Positions 42,100-55,615 of a stretch of 64,000 bases of DNA are shown here, piece after piece; position 1 is the first letter of the stretch, and every line of letters starts with the position of its first letter. Made by a program: the position numbers and the translations under genes. The notes beneath the pieces were generated by a model. It searched no databases. It saw only the letters and a program-made list of their open reading frames with translations, and was not told where the DNA came from. The stretch is from Octopus vulgaris (Eukaryota), in the NCBI GenBank assembly GCA_951406725.2, contig OX597830.1, positions 31,682,001-31,746,000 on the forward strand, in the 5' to 3' direction.

Positions 42100-42270
42100 T
42101 TAAGGTCCATATTCCATGGTGGCATGGGCTGGACGGTTTGACCAGAGCTTTCAAGCCAGAGGACTGCACAGAGCTTCACTGTCTGTTTGGCATGACTCTT
42201 ATGGCTGGATGTCCATCCTAATGCCAACCACTTTTCAGAGTGGACCAGGTGCTTTCTATGTGGCACCAGC
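42055..42270 (-). mobile_element. Retroposon family E
   Basis: (CAT)n then CCATGGTGGCATGGGCTGGACGGTTTGAC...GGATGTCCATCCTAATGCCAACC. Confidence 0.75.
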
Positions 42271-42419
42271 ATATTGTTGTTCTTGATTATTCTTTAGAGA
42301 CGGATGAAATACCACTAAGCATTTTGTCTGGGATGCCAACAAGTCTGCCAGTTCATCATATTAAAACTGATAATAATGATGATAACAACAACAACAACAA
42401 CAACAACAATAATAATAAA

Positions 42420-42978
42420 TGCCCTGATGCAGTACCAGACAGTAGCTCTCATAGCTTCTGATCTTAACTGATTGGAAGTGTCATCTTGTACATTGTTTTG
42501 TCTTGGTATAAAAGATGGCCTACAGCAAATATTCTGCTCAATATCACAGATTCGCTTGTCAGTTGTTTGACCTTAACTAGTTGAGCATGACTTTTAATGG
42601 CTGACGATATGTGCATCTCTGATCACGAGCAGATGTAGTGGGGGAGCATCATAGCCATGTGTTGAGAGGAATTCTTTGGGGTTTGGATAATTCACCTTCA
42701 GAAACATGGGTATTTCGTTCAATATCCTTAAACAGTCCTCATTCAGGGACCTTTTGAGTAGGATTGGCTACTCAACCTGAAGAAAATTCTAACTGGGTCC
42801 CACCTGCAAAGTCATGTGCTGTTTATCTTGATGTGAGATCACCATGTCAAACACACATATAGTTATGTTGCATATGCCTGGTGTACGCTTATTAGACGGT
42901 TAGTCATGATGGGTATATTGGGCTTCGTATATTTTAACCCAGTGTCACTTTGATGGCATGCACTGCTCCCTCACCCAA
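42420..42978 (+). repeat. Unclassified interspersed repeat bounded by (TAA)n-like tracts
   Basis: Second partial copy at 20436-20622; TAA repeats on both sides. Confidence 0.6.
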
Positions 42979-43495
42979 TAATAATGATAATGATAATGAT
43001 AATATTAATGATATTAACAGAGTAAAGGGGATTTTGTGACTATTATTAAGATATATTCATGCGATATTAAGTCTGCTGGGGTAAAGTGTTGTGGTGAAAT
43101 AACGTTGGGAAGTTGACTAGTGAGTAAATTCAGTGCTCCAGATGGGCCACAGCTTTGGGCTGAAGAATAAATAAATATATGTGTGTATGTGTGTGTGCAT
43201 GTGTTGGTGCACATGTGTACGCATGTGCATGTGTGGTGTCTGTGTGTGCATACATTCATACATGCATATATGTGTGTGTCTGTGCACAGACAGACACACA
43301 CACACATATATATATGGCTATATATATATATATACACACACAGACACTCATGCACATATATGTACATATATACATATATATATATATATATTGATAAAAA
43401 TGGTAAGACAACAAAAGAATGAAAGCGACCTCGATATTATGTAAATAGAAGAATTTATCTGTAAATGTAATATATGACAATTATTCGGTTGACAT

Positions 43496-43556
43496 GATAA
43501 AACTCTGAGTTTCGGATGCTGAGGTGGAAATCCACGCAACCATCTCTTCAGTTATC
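43496..43556 (-). ncRNA. Type I hammerhead motif in a truncated foldback element (43395-43598)
   Basis: GATAA-CTGAAGA-GATG...CATCC-GAAAC-TCAGA-GTT-TTATC; short inverted copy AGATAACTGAAGA at 43586-43598. Confidence 0.75.
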
Positions 43557-43632
43557 TGGCCATTGGAAAAACTTTTCTGATGGCAAGATAACTGAAGATA
43601 TATATATATATATAAATATATATATGTACATA

Positions 43633-43672
<40 letters not shown>

Positions 43673-43677
43673 TATAT

Positions 43678-43715
<38 letters not shown>

Positions 43716-44080
43716 GTGCACATGAATATATATATGAATACTACGTGCACATGTATGTGTGTAGTAACTGATATAAATATTGTAACATATAATTATTCTT
43801 CCCTTTACAAGCATATTCTGCTCATAAATTTTCGACCCCCACCTTTTTTTTTTTTTTGCTATGTACCAAATCTTTCTTACTGATTTCTTCACAAGAACTG
43901 CGACGTTCACCAACCAGCATTCCACGACATCACTTAGGAACAAGCAGCATGTTCCAAGAAAATATGAGCATGCATATACAACGTGATGTGTATATATGTA
44001 TATATATATATATAAACATATATATATATATATAGAAACATATATACTTACACATATTTATAGATATACATAGGTACAAA

Positions 44081-44120
<40 letters not shown>

Positions 44121-44571
44121 ACACACACAGACACATGTACACACATGTATGCATGTGTATGAATGTTTATGTACGCACACATGTATATGTACGCACACAT
44201 GTACATGTGAAATTTCCCTCTCAGCATTTTTTTGTTGCACGAGTTATATCACAAGCATGCTGCAGCATTTCCAGTGAGGCAATCTTAATCGTCCAAATGC
44301 CCAGCCTGTTGTATGTATGTGTGGTTATATCCTTGTCACTGTTGTCCATTCATTTATCTGTGTTCATGTGTTCATGTGAATGTGTGTGTGTGTGTGTGTG
44401 AGCATTTGTTTTTCAGTCTTTGTGTGTGTATGTGTGCTTGTACACATCTATGTGCATGTTTATAAACATATATATATTTACAAACAATATATTTATATAG
44501 ACATATGTATTATATACTTATAATAATGTTAATCAAGCAAAATGCACGTTATATATATGTATATATATGTA

Positions 44572-44614
<43 letters not shown>

Positions 44615-45377
44615 TTAAATATATACATACATGCATGCATATATATATATACATATATATACACACATATATATATATACATACATATATATATACACAT
44701 ACATATATATACATATATAGATATATATACAATCATATATACAAGCATTTATATATACATACAAATATATATTTATATATATATATATATATATATATGC
44801 ATGTGTACATCCGTATATGTATTTATATATAGCTATGCATATCAATATATAGGAATATTTACATGTGCATATGTATATTTATGTACTTAACTATATGTGT
44901 GTGTGCTTGTATATATATATATATATATATGCTTGTGTATGTGTGTGTGTTTGTATATGTGTATGTGTGTGTGCGTGTGTGTGTGTGTGTACATTTATAT
45001 ATTTATATGTATATGTGTATAGTAATGCAAACAGAGTTGAAAAGTGACACAGGTTGTCAGAATTTGGGAGAAATTACAGGAGAAACCAACAAGTAAAATT
45101 CTTTATGGAAATAAACAGTACAACATATGCAATGATGGGAACACATAAAGAACCCCATGATGCTAATGGTGGTGATGGTAATATATATATATATATATAT
45201 ATATATTTGCATGCGTACATATATACATACACACATACATACATATATACATATATACATATATATATACATACATATATACATATATATACACATATGC
45301 ATGTATATATATGTATATATATATATAAATAATACTAAAACTTATTACTTATATATATAAATATATATATACATATG

Positions 45378-45414
<37 letters not shown>

Positions 45415-45638
45415 ATAAGGGTGTATTGAAGTGTTTCTGGCTTTACATAAAATAAATTACAGGAAGATCAGTTAATTATGATTTTATTTAACATAATTCC
45501 CTTCTCAGATTCAACAGCTTATTCCCAGTGGTCCTTCAGTTGTGTCTAAGTCCTGTAACAGAACTCAGAATTTTGGGCCTCTGACCACAGGCCTTTTGTG
45601 ATACCCTTAAAGCCAGGAACTTTTCAGTACCCCCTTGT
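45415..45638. mobile_element. Mariner-derived MITE
   Basis: Imperfect TIRs TAAGGGTGTATTGAAGTGTTTCTGGCTTTA / TAAAGCCAGGAACTTTTCAGTACCCCCTTG. Confidence 0.65.
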
Positions 45639-45734
45639 TTATGTACATATGTGTGTGTATGTGTGCGCATGTGTGTGTGTGTGTATAAATTCAAGAAAGA
45701 CTTGAAGAAAGTCTAGATTAATGTCAATTCATTG

Positions 45735-45777
45735 CAGTCTGATGATGGCTTAACTGTCCAAAACTTCGAGGTCACTA
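45735..45777 (+). ncRNA. Minimal hammerhead motif (G12A)
   Basis: AGT-CTGATGA-TGGC..GTCC-AAAAC-TTCGAG-GTC-ACT. Confidence 0.6.
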
Positions 45778-45903
45778 TCAATAATAGTTTTGTCTAAGTA
45801 CAATAAATCTGTACTCTACAAAAGTATAGAGTAACCCATCAGATCATTGTAAATCTATTTTTATTATTACAGAAAATAAAACCAAATTCATAAATATACA
45901 TAC

Positions 45904-45964
<61 letters not shown>

Positions 45965-45965
<1 letters not shown>

Positions 45966-46124
45966 TATTTATATTATTTACATTATTTACATTTGACAGA
46001 TATTTATCCTCATCTTGTTTGTTGTTAACACAATGTTTCGGCTGATATACCATCCAGCCTTCATCAGGTGTCTTGGGGGAAACATACGAACCTGGATTCT
46101 CATTCCCATGGTATTTTTCGATGC

Positions 46125-46191
<67 letters not shown>

Positions 46192-46410
46192 ATTATTAGT
46201 ACTATTATTATTATTCAGGTCACTGCCTGGAATCAAACTCGGAATCTTGGGCTTAGTAGCCCATGCTCTTAACCATATGCCCACGGTCATATGGTGTATA
46301 TCACCAAAAATGTTGTGTTAACAACAAACAAAATGATGACAAATATCCGTCAAATGTAAATAATATAAATAATTCACAAAATTCCTCGTCTCTTAAACAT
46401 AGAACTGTAA
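45965..46410 (-). mobile_element. tRNA-headed, (TAA)n-containing, hammerhead-bearing element with an inverted tail copy
   Basis: Minus: head 46282-46216 (TGGTTAAGAGC, stem TGGGCT/AGCCCA, B-box GAGTTTGATTCC), (TAA)n, HHR 46072-46027 GACAC-CTGATGA-A-GGCTGG..TCAGCC-GAAAC-ATT-GTGTT. Inverted tail on plus at 46296-46410. Confidence 0.75.
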
Positions 46411-46411
46411 C

Positions 46412-46455
<44 letters not shown>

Positions 46456-46714
46456 CTACTTATGTACATATATACATGTAAATATATAAATACAACATAA
46501 TAATTAAGCTCTGTAACATGCATACAAACACATGCATATGCTTGTGCAGAGCCACAAAGGCAAGCATATACACAAATTTACTCATGCACGTATTTACAAA
46601 TGTACAAACAATGAATCGAAAGTAATAAAATTATCTTCAAGAACAAAACCAAATTTAATGAATTCAAAATTCTTTGCAATCAGGCATGAACCTACAACAA
46701 TCCATTTCTGTTAC

Positions 46715-46818
<104 letters not shown>

Positions 46819-47165
46819 AAAACACACACACATATATATGTATGTATTCATTATACATTTTATGTCAAATTATATGTCAAAATGATTGAAAATAAGTTAA
46901 CATTGAACTGAAGAATTTCGCTGTACTTTTTTTTTTAAAGAGAAGGCATGTGTGTGTCAAACATTTACAAAGAGTGACTTCGAAGTTTTGTCCTGTTTGT
47001 CTTTGTCCAAACAAAGGCTGTATACATATTAATATATATATATATATATATGAAATGGATATCTTATAAAACTATTCTGCACATACAATAACAGTCATAA
47101 CAACAATCCAACACACCTCCATCATTAGCTGTCCCACGGATATCACAATATAGATATAGAAAGAG

Positions 47166-47241
<76 letters not shown>

Positions 47242-47286
47242 ATATACAACTGCATTTATATATGCATAGATAGATGTGCATATGAG

Positions 47287-47325
<39 letters not shown>

Positions 47326-47569
47326 ATATATATATACATATATATATGTATATATATATATATATGTATGTATGTATGTATGTATATATATATATGTGTG
47401 TGTATATATATATACATATATATAGAGAGAGATAGATAGATATAGATATAAAGATATATATTACATATTTATATACATATATAAATGCTTGTGTGTGTGT
47501 ATGTGTATATGTATATGTGTGTGTGCATGTGTTTGTGTGTGTGTGTCTGGGGGAACTATATAAATATAT

Positions 47570-47880
47570 CTTGAGACTGCGGCCATGCTGGAGCACCACC
47601 TTGAAGAATTTTTTGTCAAATGAATCAACTACAGCACTTCTTATATAATAAGTCTGGCACTTATATATCGATCCCTTTTACTGAGCCACTAAGTCTGGGG
47701 AAGTAAACACACCAGCACCAGTTGTCGAGCAGACACTAAGACACACCCACACTTACACACACATAAATATATATATATATATTCAACAGGCTTCTTTCAG
47801 TTTCCGTCGACAAGATTTACTTACAAGGCCTTGGTTGATCAAAGGCTATAATAGAAGGCACTTGCCCAATGTGCCACTCA

Positions 47881-47882
<2 letters not shown>
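47570..47882 (-). mobile_element. SINE family B, truncated
   Basis: Matches family B body. Confidence 0.8.
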
Positions 47883-47923
<41 letters not shown>

Positions 47924-48331
47924 GTATATATGTGTGTCTGTGTGTGTGTGTATTGCAGTAGATAGTCATTTTTATATACACCCTTGTACATGTGCATATT
48001 AGTGTGCATGCTTGCATGTGCACATTTTTGTAATGGCTGTACGCTAACTGCTGGCATGTGCATATATCCCCTTACACCATACCCTTACCAATGACCTTGC
48101 CCTTCCCCCCAGTGACCCTTCCATCCCAATAATCAACAACAACAATAACAAGAAAATATAAATTAAATACACAAAAGGTTAAAAATTCTCTCTCATTCCA
48201 TACTTACTTGATAAAAGTTGTGTTTTTTTTCACACTGTGTGCAGGTATTGTTTTTTGCTGCAGATATTTTTTTTCTTTGATTTGTTGTATTTTTACACCT
48301 CCTACAACATTGTTATTATTACTATTATTAC

Positions 48332-48372
<41 letters not shown>

Positions 48373-48894
48373 TTATTATTGTTCGAATAGGCAGTATTAT
48401 TCTTGTATTTGTTGTTCCTTTACTTTACTGCTTATTTTTGTATATACTTATGCTTTCATATATATATGAGTGTGTATGAACATATATATGTATGTATATA
48501 TATATATATATATATATATTTGTATATCTGTGTATGGGTTGGTGTTTTTTTTTTACATTTTTGTTTGTTAGATATTTTTCGTGGAGATTTGGTCTGTGAT
48601 ATGACTTTTATTTTTTATTCTTCATGTTTTGCTTTCTTTCAATTACTTTTATTATTTTTTTTTCCAGGCAGAGAAGATTGTTTCTCTCTCACTCTCACTA
48701 TCTCTCTCTCTATCTCTTGCTCTCTCTGTCTTTCTCTCTCTTTCTCACCCACTTTCTAACTTTCTCTCACTCTATTTATTCCTTGTAATATAAATTCATA
48801 TACACGTATAAATATATATTTCCAGGCATGTATATATATATGTATATACATATATATATACGTATATATGTGTATGTATATATATATTTATATG

Positions 48895-48927
<33 letters not shown>

Positions 48928-48932
48928 GAGTG

Positions 48933-48971
<39 letters not shown>

Positions 48972-49838
48972 GTATGTATATATATGTATGTATCACTCAC
49001 TCTCTTTTAATCAATGTCGTTTTCATTCTCATATTCTCTTCCTCTTTCTCTCTCTCTCTCTCTCTTTCTCTCCTACACTTTCTTTTTTTCTCACATTCTC
49101 CTCTCTACCTTATCTCCTTCTCCACCACTGCTTGTTACGGCAAGGAAAAATTCCACAGAAGCCAGAGAATGGTATATAATATATCCTTATCCAGGCGAAG
49201 GCTGAGAGACAAATGGCAGCTTAGCAGTGATGAAAAAGAAAAGGAAGAATGTGTAGGAGACAATGAAGAAGAAAAAGAAGAAGAAGAAGAAGAAGAAGAA
49301 AAAGGAGTAGTAGGTAATGAAGAAAAGAAAGAAAAGCATTAATGATAATGATGATGAGGGGAGTCATAAAACGCTGATGATGAGGAGGATTAGGCTGAGT
49401 GTGAGGGTAGAGATGAAATGAGGAAAAAAAGATAAGTTTGTCTATCTGATTTCGATATATATACATATATACAAAAAATATGGAATTCCTCACTCTTGTA
49501 TTGAGTGTTGTGCAATGTAGGGAACTGAACAAGAGAAAGGACATTATAAAAAAAAACGGTGAAGTTCACTCGCATTCATAAACATGCAAAGGCAGCAGAT
49601 GTGTGCACGATATACAGGCGCATAGGGATAAATGCATGTCGAGAAATGTTCTTATATGCGTATGCCTGTGTGCATGTTTATATACATGTATATACACAGA
49701 AGTAATAATACACAAACACACACACAAAGAGATACTTATATATTAATATGAATTAATATATAATTGATGATAATGATGATAATGATGGTGATGATGATAT
49801 ATATATATATATATATGTATATCTATACATATAAATAC

Positions 49839-49900
<62 letters not shown>

Positions 49901-50015
49901 GTACGTCTACATAAATATATAGGAGAAAGAGAGAGATATGGATATATATATGTATGGATAGATAGATTGATAGAAATACATGCATACATCTATATACAAA
50001 CATATATACCTATAC

Positions 50016-50058
<43 letters not shown>

Positions 50059-50733
50059 TACATATATATAACAAGATGTATATGTATATATATGCCTTTG
50101 CATATATGTGTGTGTGTGACTGGGTATATACACATCTAAACACAAACACTCTTATGTGTATATCCATATATTTATATCCATATATTTGTATATCCATATA
50201 TTTATATCATACATGAATATGTATTTTAATAAATAAGAAAAAATTATATACTATATAATAATGTATGTATATAAACAAACTCAGAGGCATATGTGAACAC
50301 ACAAAAATTCACATATACAATTATACTGTATATACATGTTGATTAACGCAATTATCCACTAATCCGTCTGATGTATCGTTTTAATTAACGTTTTCAATTT
50401 TTCCCGTGTGTCAAATGAAAGATTTTGATTATATTCTTTATTTTTCAATATTTTGTGTACATATTTTTGTGTTCTTTTGTCATATGTATATATGTGTGTG
50501 TGCACTATATATACTTATATATATATATTTTCCACTTTATATATATATATTTATATATACATATGTTTGTGTGTTTGTGTGTGTGTGTGTGTATATAAAA
50601 TATTAGAAAAAAAACACCCTTTATCAATTCAAAATGAATAATTAACACCATCTAGAAAATTACATATAATAGAAAAGTTAAAATTAAAATAACAATTAAA
50701 AAGTAAAGATTAAGTAAATTACAAAAATAATAT

Positions 50734-51135
50734 AGGTGCAGGAGTGGCTGTGTGGTAAGTAGCTTGTTTACCAACCACATGGTTCCGGGTTCAGTCCCTC
50801 TGTGTGGCACCTTGGGCAAGTGTCTTCTACTATAGCCTCAGGCCGACCAAAGCCTTGTGAGTGGATTTGGTAGACGGAAACTGAAAGAAGCCCGTCGTAT
50901 ATATGTATGTACATGAGTGTATTTGTGTGTGTGTGTTTGTCCCCCTAGCATTGCTTGACAACCGATGCTGGTGTGTTTATGTCCCTGTTACTTAGCGGTT
51001 CGGCAAAAGAGACCGATAGAATAAGTACTGGGCTTACAAAAAGAATGAGACCCGGGGTCGAGTTGCTCGATTAAAAGGCGGTGCTCCAGCATGGCTGCAG
51101 TCAGATGACTGAAACCAGTAAAAGAGTAAAGAGTA
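50734..51135 (+). mobile_element. SINE family B, full-length reference copy with internal (TA)/(TG) microsatellite
   Basis: A-box TGGCTGTGTGG, B-box GGTTCAGTCCC, CORE-like CACCTTGGGCAAGTG, internal microsatellite, (TAAAAGAG)n-like tail. Confidence 0.9.
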
Positions 51136-51212
51136 TATAATAGGTAGAAAAACGATGTGTTTCGCTGCTATATTTCTATATATTTATATATGTATTTATA
51201 TATATATATTTC

Positions 51213-51284
<72 letters not shown>

Positions 51285-51300
51285 GTATATATATATAAAC

Positions 51301-51381
<81 letters not shown>

Positions 51382-51401
51382 TCATCATCATCATCATCAT
51401 C

Positions 51402-51436
<35 letters not shown>

Positions 51437-51519
51437 ATATTTTCCACATTATGACAGTAATAACCTGGTATGGAACTCAATATACACATGCTTCTCAATA
51501 AAGCATTAATTTAGTACAG

Positions 51520-51790
51520 AACAGTAATAAGAAAAAAATAAAAGAGAAAAGTAAAGAATAAACGATTAGCTTATGGAATTCATTAGCTTACAGATGTTTC
51601 TGCTGCAAGATATTGTGGAGTCACATTTGAAGTGTAATTACACTTCATGCTTCAGGTTTCAGTAGAAGCAGAAGGTTTTACTCAAGCACTCAGCTATGAG
51701 TCCGTGGCATCATTTAGTGTGGGACATCTACAAACTAATGAAGTTCATAAAATAATCATTTATTCTTTTGTCAACTCTATTTTTACTTCT
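51520..51790. repeat. Decayed foldback with only the 3' half of an HHR
   Basis: Arms 51553-51600 / 51722-51769; minus reads GAAAC-ATCT-GTA-AGCT; internal perfect palindrome TGAAGTGTAATTACACTTCA. Confidence 0.45.
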
Positions 51791-51892
51791 TACATATGTA
51801 TATACCATATATATATGTATGTATACATATATAATATATAGATAGATAGAAAGATATGAATACATATTCATATATGTAGGTATATATATATA

Positions 51893-52133
51893 TTCTTTTA
51901 CTATCTCTTTTACTCTTTTACATGTTTCAGTCATTTGACTGTGGCCATGCTGGAGCACTGCCTTTAGTTGAGCAAATCGACCCCGGGACTTATTCTTTGT
52001 AAGCCCAGTACTTATTCTATCGGTCTCTTTTGCCGAACCGCTAAGTGACGGGGACGTAAACACACCAGCATCGGTTGTCAAGCAATGCTAGGGGTACAAA
52101 CACAGACACACAAACACATACACATACATATAC

Positions 52134-52164
<31 letters not shown>

Positions 52165-52386
52165 CATATATATACATATATATATACACACATATATATA
52201 TATATACACACATATTTTATTCGGCTGTGTGGAGGCCCAGGAAAGGCTGTGTGGTAAGAAGCTTGCTTCCCAACCGGGTTCATTCCCACTGTGTGGCACC
52301 TTGGGCCAGTGTCATCTACTATAGCCTCGGGCTGACTGAAACTTTGTTAGTGGATTTGGTAGACAGAAACTGAAAGAAGCCCATCG

Positions 52387-52388
<2 letters not shown>
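51893..52388. mobile_element. Family B SINE 3' half (minus, to ~52110) and separate head (plus, 52240-52388)
   Basis: Both match 50734-51135. Confidence 0.85.
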
Positions 52389-52433
<45 letters not shown>

Positions 52434-52465
52434 ATACATATGTTTAATAAAATGAGACAACAAAT

Positions 52466-52752
52466 CCAAGGCAGAGTGAAATTTCTAGGATATTTATTAA
52501 AGAGAGAAGTATAGTCTTACAGCTGTTTCAGGGATTTAAATGATATCCCATCATCAGAGACTATATGAGAGAGTTAAACAGAAGGAAATAGTAGAGTTCA
52601 ATATAGGAATGTTCTTTTATTGAACTTTACTATTTCCCTTTATTTAACTCTCTCATATTGTCTCTGATGATGGGATATCCTTTACAGCCCCGAAACAGCT
52701 GTAAGACTACCTTTCTTTTTATAAATGTCCTAGAAATTTCACACAGTCTTGG
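52466..52752. mobile_element. Foldback element with ~140-bp arms and two intact HHR cores (52512-52563 minus; 52660-52707 plus)
   Basis: Minus: TAGTCT-CTGATGA-TGGGAT..ATCCCT-GAAAC-AGCT-GTA-AGACTA. Plus copy equivalent. Very short central loop. Confidence 0.85.
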
Positions 52753-52869
52753 CTTATTCCACATGTGCATGCTCACAAACAACCCATGTTAGACTCCTCA
52801 CTCATACTATTATCAAACTAAAAGTCTAACAGCAGTCCTTCCATATATATATATATATATATATATATT

Positions 52870-53110
52870 CACGGCTTTGAATCTCAAACCAGGTGATGTG
52901 TGTGTTTATGAGTGAAACACCTATGCTCCATGTGGCTCCGGCAGAAGGTAATGGTGAACTTCTGCTGACTCTTTCGCCACAACTTTCTCTCACTCTTTCC
53001 TCTTGCATCTTGCAGCTCACCTGCGATGGACTGGTGTCCCATCCAGGTGGGGAACCTATACACCAAGGAAACTGGGAAACCAGCCTCATGAGCCAGGCGG
53101 GGCTCGAGAA
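52870..53110 (+). mobile_element. SINE family C, 5'-truncated
   Basis: Shares body and CTGCGATGGACTGG..TCCC.TCCAG tail with the 905 copy. Confidence 0.75.
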
Positions 53111-53271
53111 GAAACAAACTTTAATTCAGCTATCTGTAGAGGTTATCACTTTATGTCTCACAGTTGCATTCTATACCCCTTTGAAGCAAAATTGTTCACC
53201 CATATACTCAACTGGACCACCCCTTGTTCACTTGAAACCAAATCCCTTAAGATTGCTCTTTTGTTAGTTTT

Positions 53272-53639
53272 CAGGCATGGCTGTGTGGTAAGGAGCTTCG
53301 TTCTGGATTCAATCCCACAGCATGGCAACTTGGGAAAGTGTCTTCTACTACAGCCTTGGGCTGACCAAAGCCTTCTGAGTGGATTTGGTAGATGGAAACT
53401 GAAAGAAGCCTGTCGTATATGTATATATATTCTTTTATTTATTTCAGTCATTTGATTGCACCGCTTTCAGTCAAACAAACTGATCCCAGGACTTATTCTT
53501 TTTAAGCCTAGTACTTATTCTATCAGTCTCTTTTGCCAAATCGCTAAGTTATGGGGATGTAAACACAGACACACAAGCATATACATATATATATATGTAT
53601 ATATCTATATCTATCTGTATATATTTATATATATATATA

Positions 53640-53681
<42 letters not shown>

Positions 53682-53686
53682 TATAT

Positions 53687-53747
<61 letters not shown>

Positions 53748-53935
53748 CATATATATGTATATATATGCGATGAGCTTTTCTCAGTTTCCATCTACCAAAT
53801 CCAAATCCACTCATAAAGCTTCGGTTGGCCCAAAGCTATAGTAGAAGACACTTGCTCAAGGTGCTATGCAGTGGAACTGAACCTGGAACCATGTGGTTGG
53901 TAAGCAAGCCACTTACCACACAGTCACTCCTGAAC
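53272..53935. mobile_element. Family B head (plus, 53272-53420) facing a near-full copy (minus, 53430-53935)
   Basis: Both match family B. Confidence 0.85.
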
Positions 53936-54412
53936 CCATATGTAAAAACGTTTTATTAGAGTTTTTGTTTTCCTTGTAAGAACCATTTTTATTAAATTGC
54001 ATTTCAGACAGTAACTGAGTGAATCAAGTAAGCATATATAATTTACATTTATTTTACTAACTTACCTTGCATATATTTATAAATTATTGATTTTGGCTTG
54101 TTTCTCAGAAATATGATATAAAAAAAATAACAGTTAAAATATTTATGGAACATTGAAATTTCTAATTCAAACTTTACACATATCTGATTTCATATGCATT
54201 TTCCATTCAGAAACAGATGTATGTGATGGATCCAAAAGTATAGTTATCCAAGATAATTGTAAGATTTATCTCTGGTGTTTGAATACTCAGGTAGGAGTGA
54301 CTTACCTTTTGCTTCAACAGTAACTTGTTATTATCTTCTTCACTGGTTGATCTTACCCTCCTGCAGGGAGTTGTCATTGCTTCCTGTAGATCTATAATTG
54401 GACTGCAATTTC

Positions 54413-54640
54413 CCTCTTTAACAGTTAAACCGGACCATATCCAGTCTAAAATTTTCTACCTGTTTTACGTTCAAAGTGGCCACATCTGGCCCCTCGCGTC
54501 TACTCAACAATGTTGTTCAAAGCATAAACAATCACATCACTGAAATCTCACAGCTACAAGATAATACATGATTACTTAAAATCAATGTGAATAAATAAGC
54601 ATTACATGTGACAGAGTAATCTCTAAGCTAAAGGGTTGAA
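54413..54640. mobile_element. Possible piggyBac-type MITE
   Basis: Right end GCTAAAGGGTTGAA resembles a CCC-terminated TIR with a TTAA site; left end degenerate. Confidence 0.4.
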
Positions 54641-54804
54641 AGAAAATATATTTGAAATCTGCTGTTACCATGATGATAGCTCATCAATGAGTCTTTCAAC
54701 TGATGTGAGCTGCACAAAACCTTTAGCTATGAGAGTATAATCTGATTCGTCAACAAACGCTTTTTACTCATGAAATCCAATGATGAAATCAAGAAATAAA
54801 GAAT

Positions 54805-54988
54805 AGGTGTGGGCTCGGTTGTGTCATAAAATGTTCGATTCTCAAGCACATGGTTTTGGGTTCAAGTCCTACTGCAAGATACGTTGGACAAGGGTCTTCT
54901 ACTATTATGTCCTTGAGCCAACCAAAGTCTTGTGAGTGAACTTAGTTGATGGAAACTGAAAGAAGCCCATCATACATACACACACACA

Positions 54989-55031
<43 letters not shown>

Positions 55032-55203
55032 TTCATAATGGATAGTTACATTCTCTAGGATGTCTGGAAAACATATATGTGATTTAGCTGATGAATACTG
55101 GACATTGTATTTGCTGCAATATTTGCAGCTTTAAATAAAATATTCTTAGTACGAAACAATTGTACTAAACTACTAATCCATTCTTGTTGCTTTTTTCCTT
55201 GGT

Positions 55204-55239
<36 letters not shown>

Positions 55240-55540
55240 TATATCATCATCGCTTAACATTCACCTTCCATACTGGCATGGGTGATATATATATGTGTGA
55301 GTATATATACATATGTATATGTATTGGTGTGTGCGTTTGTCTTTGCACTTATGTTTGTTCCCCACACCATTTGACAACCAGTGTTGGTTTGCTTATGTCC
55401 ACTTAACTTTTCCAGTAAAATAAGTATTAGCCTTAAAAAAACAATAAAACCTGGTGTTGACTTTTTTGACTAACCACTTCTAGGAATTGCCCCAGCATTG
55501 CCACTGTCAAATGATAGAGACGAGTAGACAATAGAAGACA
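54805..55540 (+). mobile_element. Family B SINE whose internal microsatellite hosts other insertions
   Basis: Head 54805-54975, tail 55330-55540; an HHR element and a family E fragment lie between. Confidence 0.7.
55083..55169 (+). ncRNA. Type I hammerhead motif with intact core and long stem II
   Basis: TTTAG-CTGATGA-ATACT...AGTAC-GAAAC-AATT-GTA-CTAAA; palindromic stem III ACAATTGT. Confidence 0.8.
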
Positions 55541-55615
55541 ATGAGTATGGAGGTGTGTGTGTACATGTTAATATAACACAAATAATGCAACTAATACACT
55601 GTAAAGTGGTTGGTG

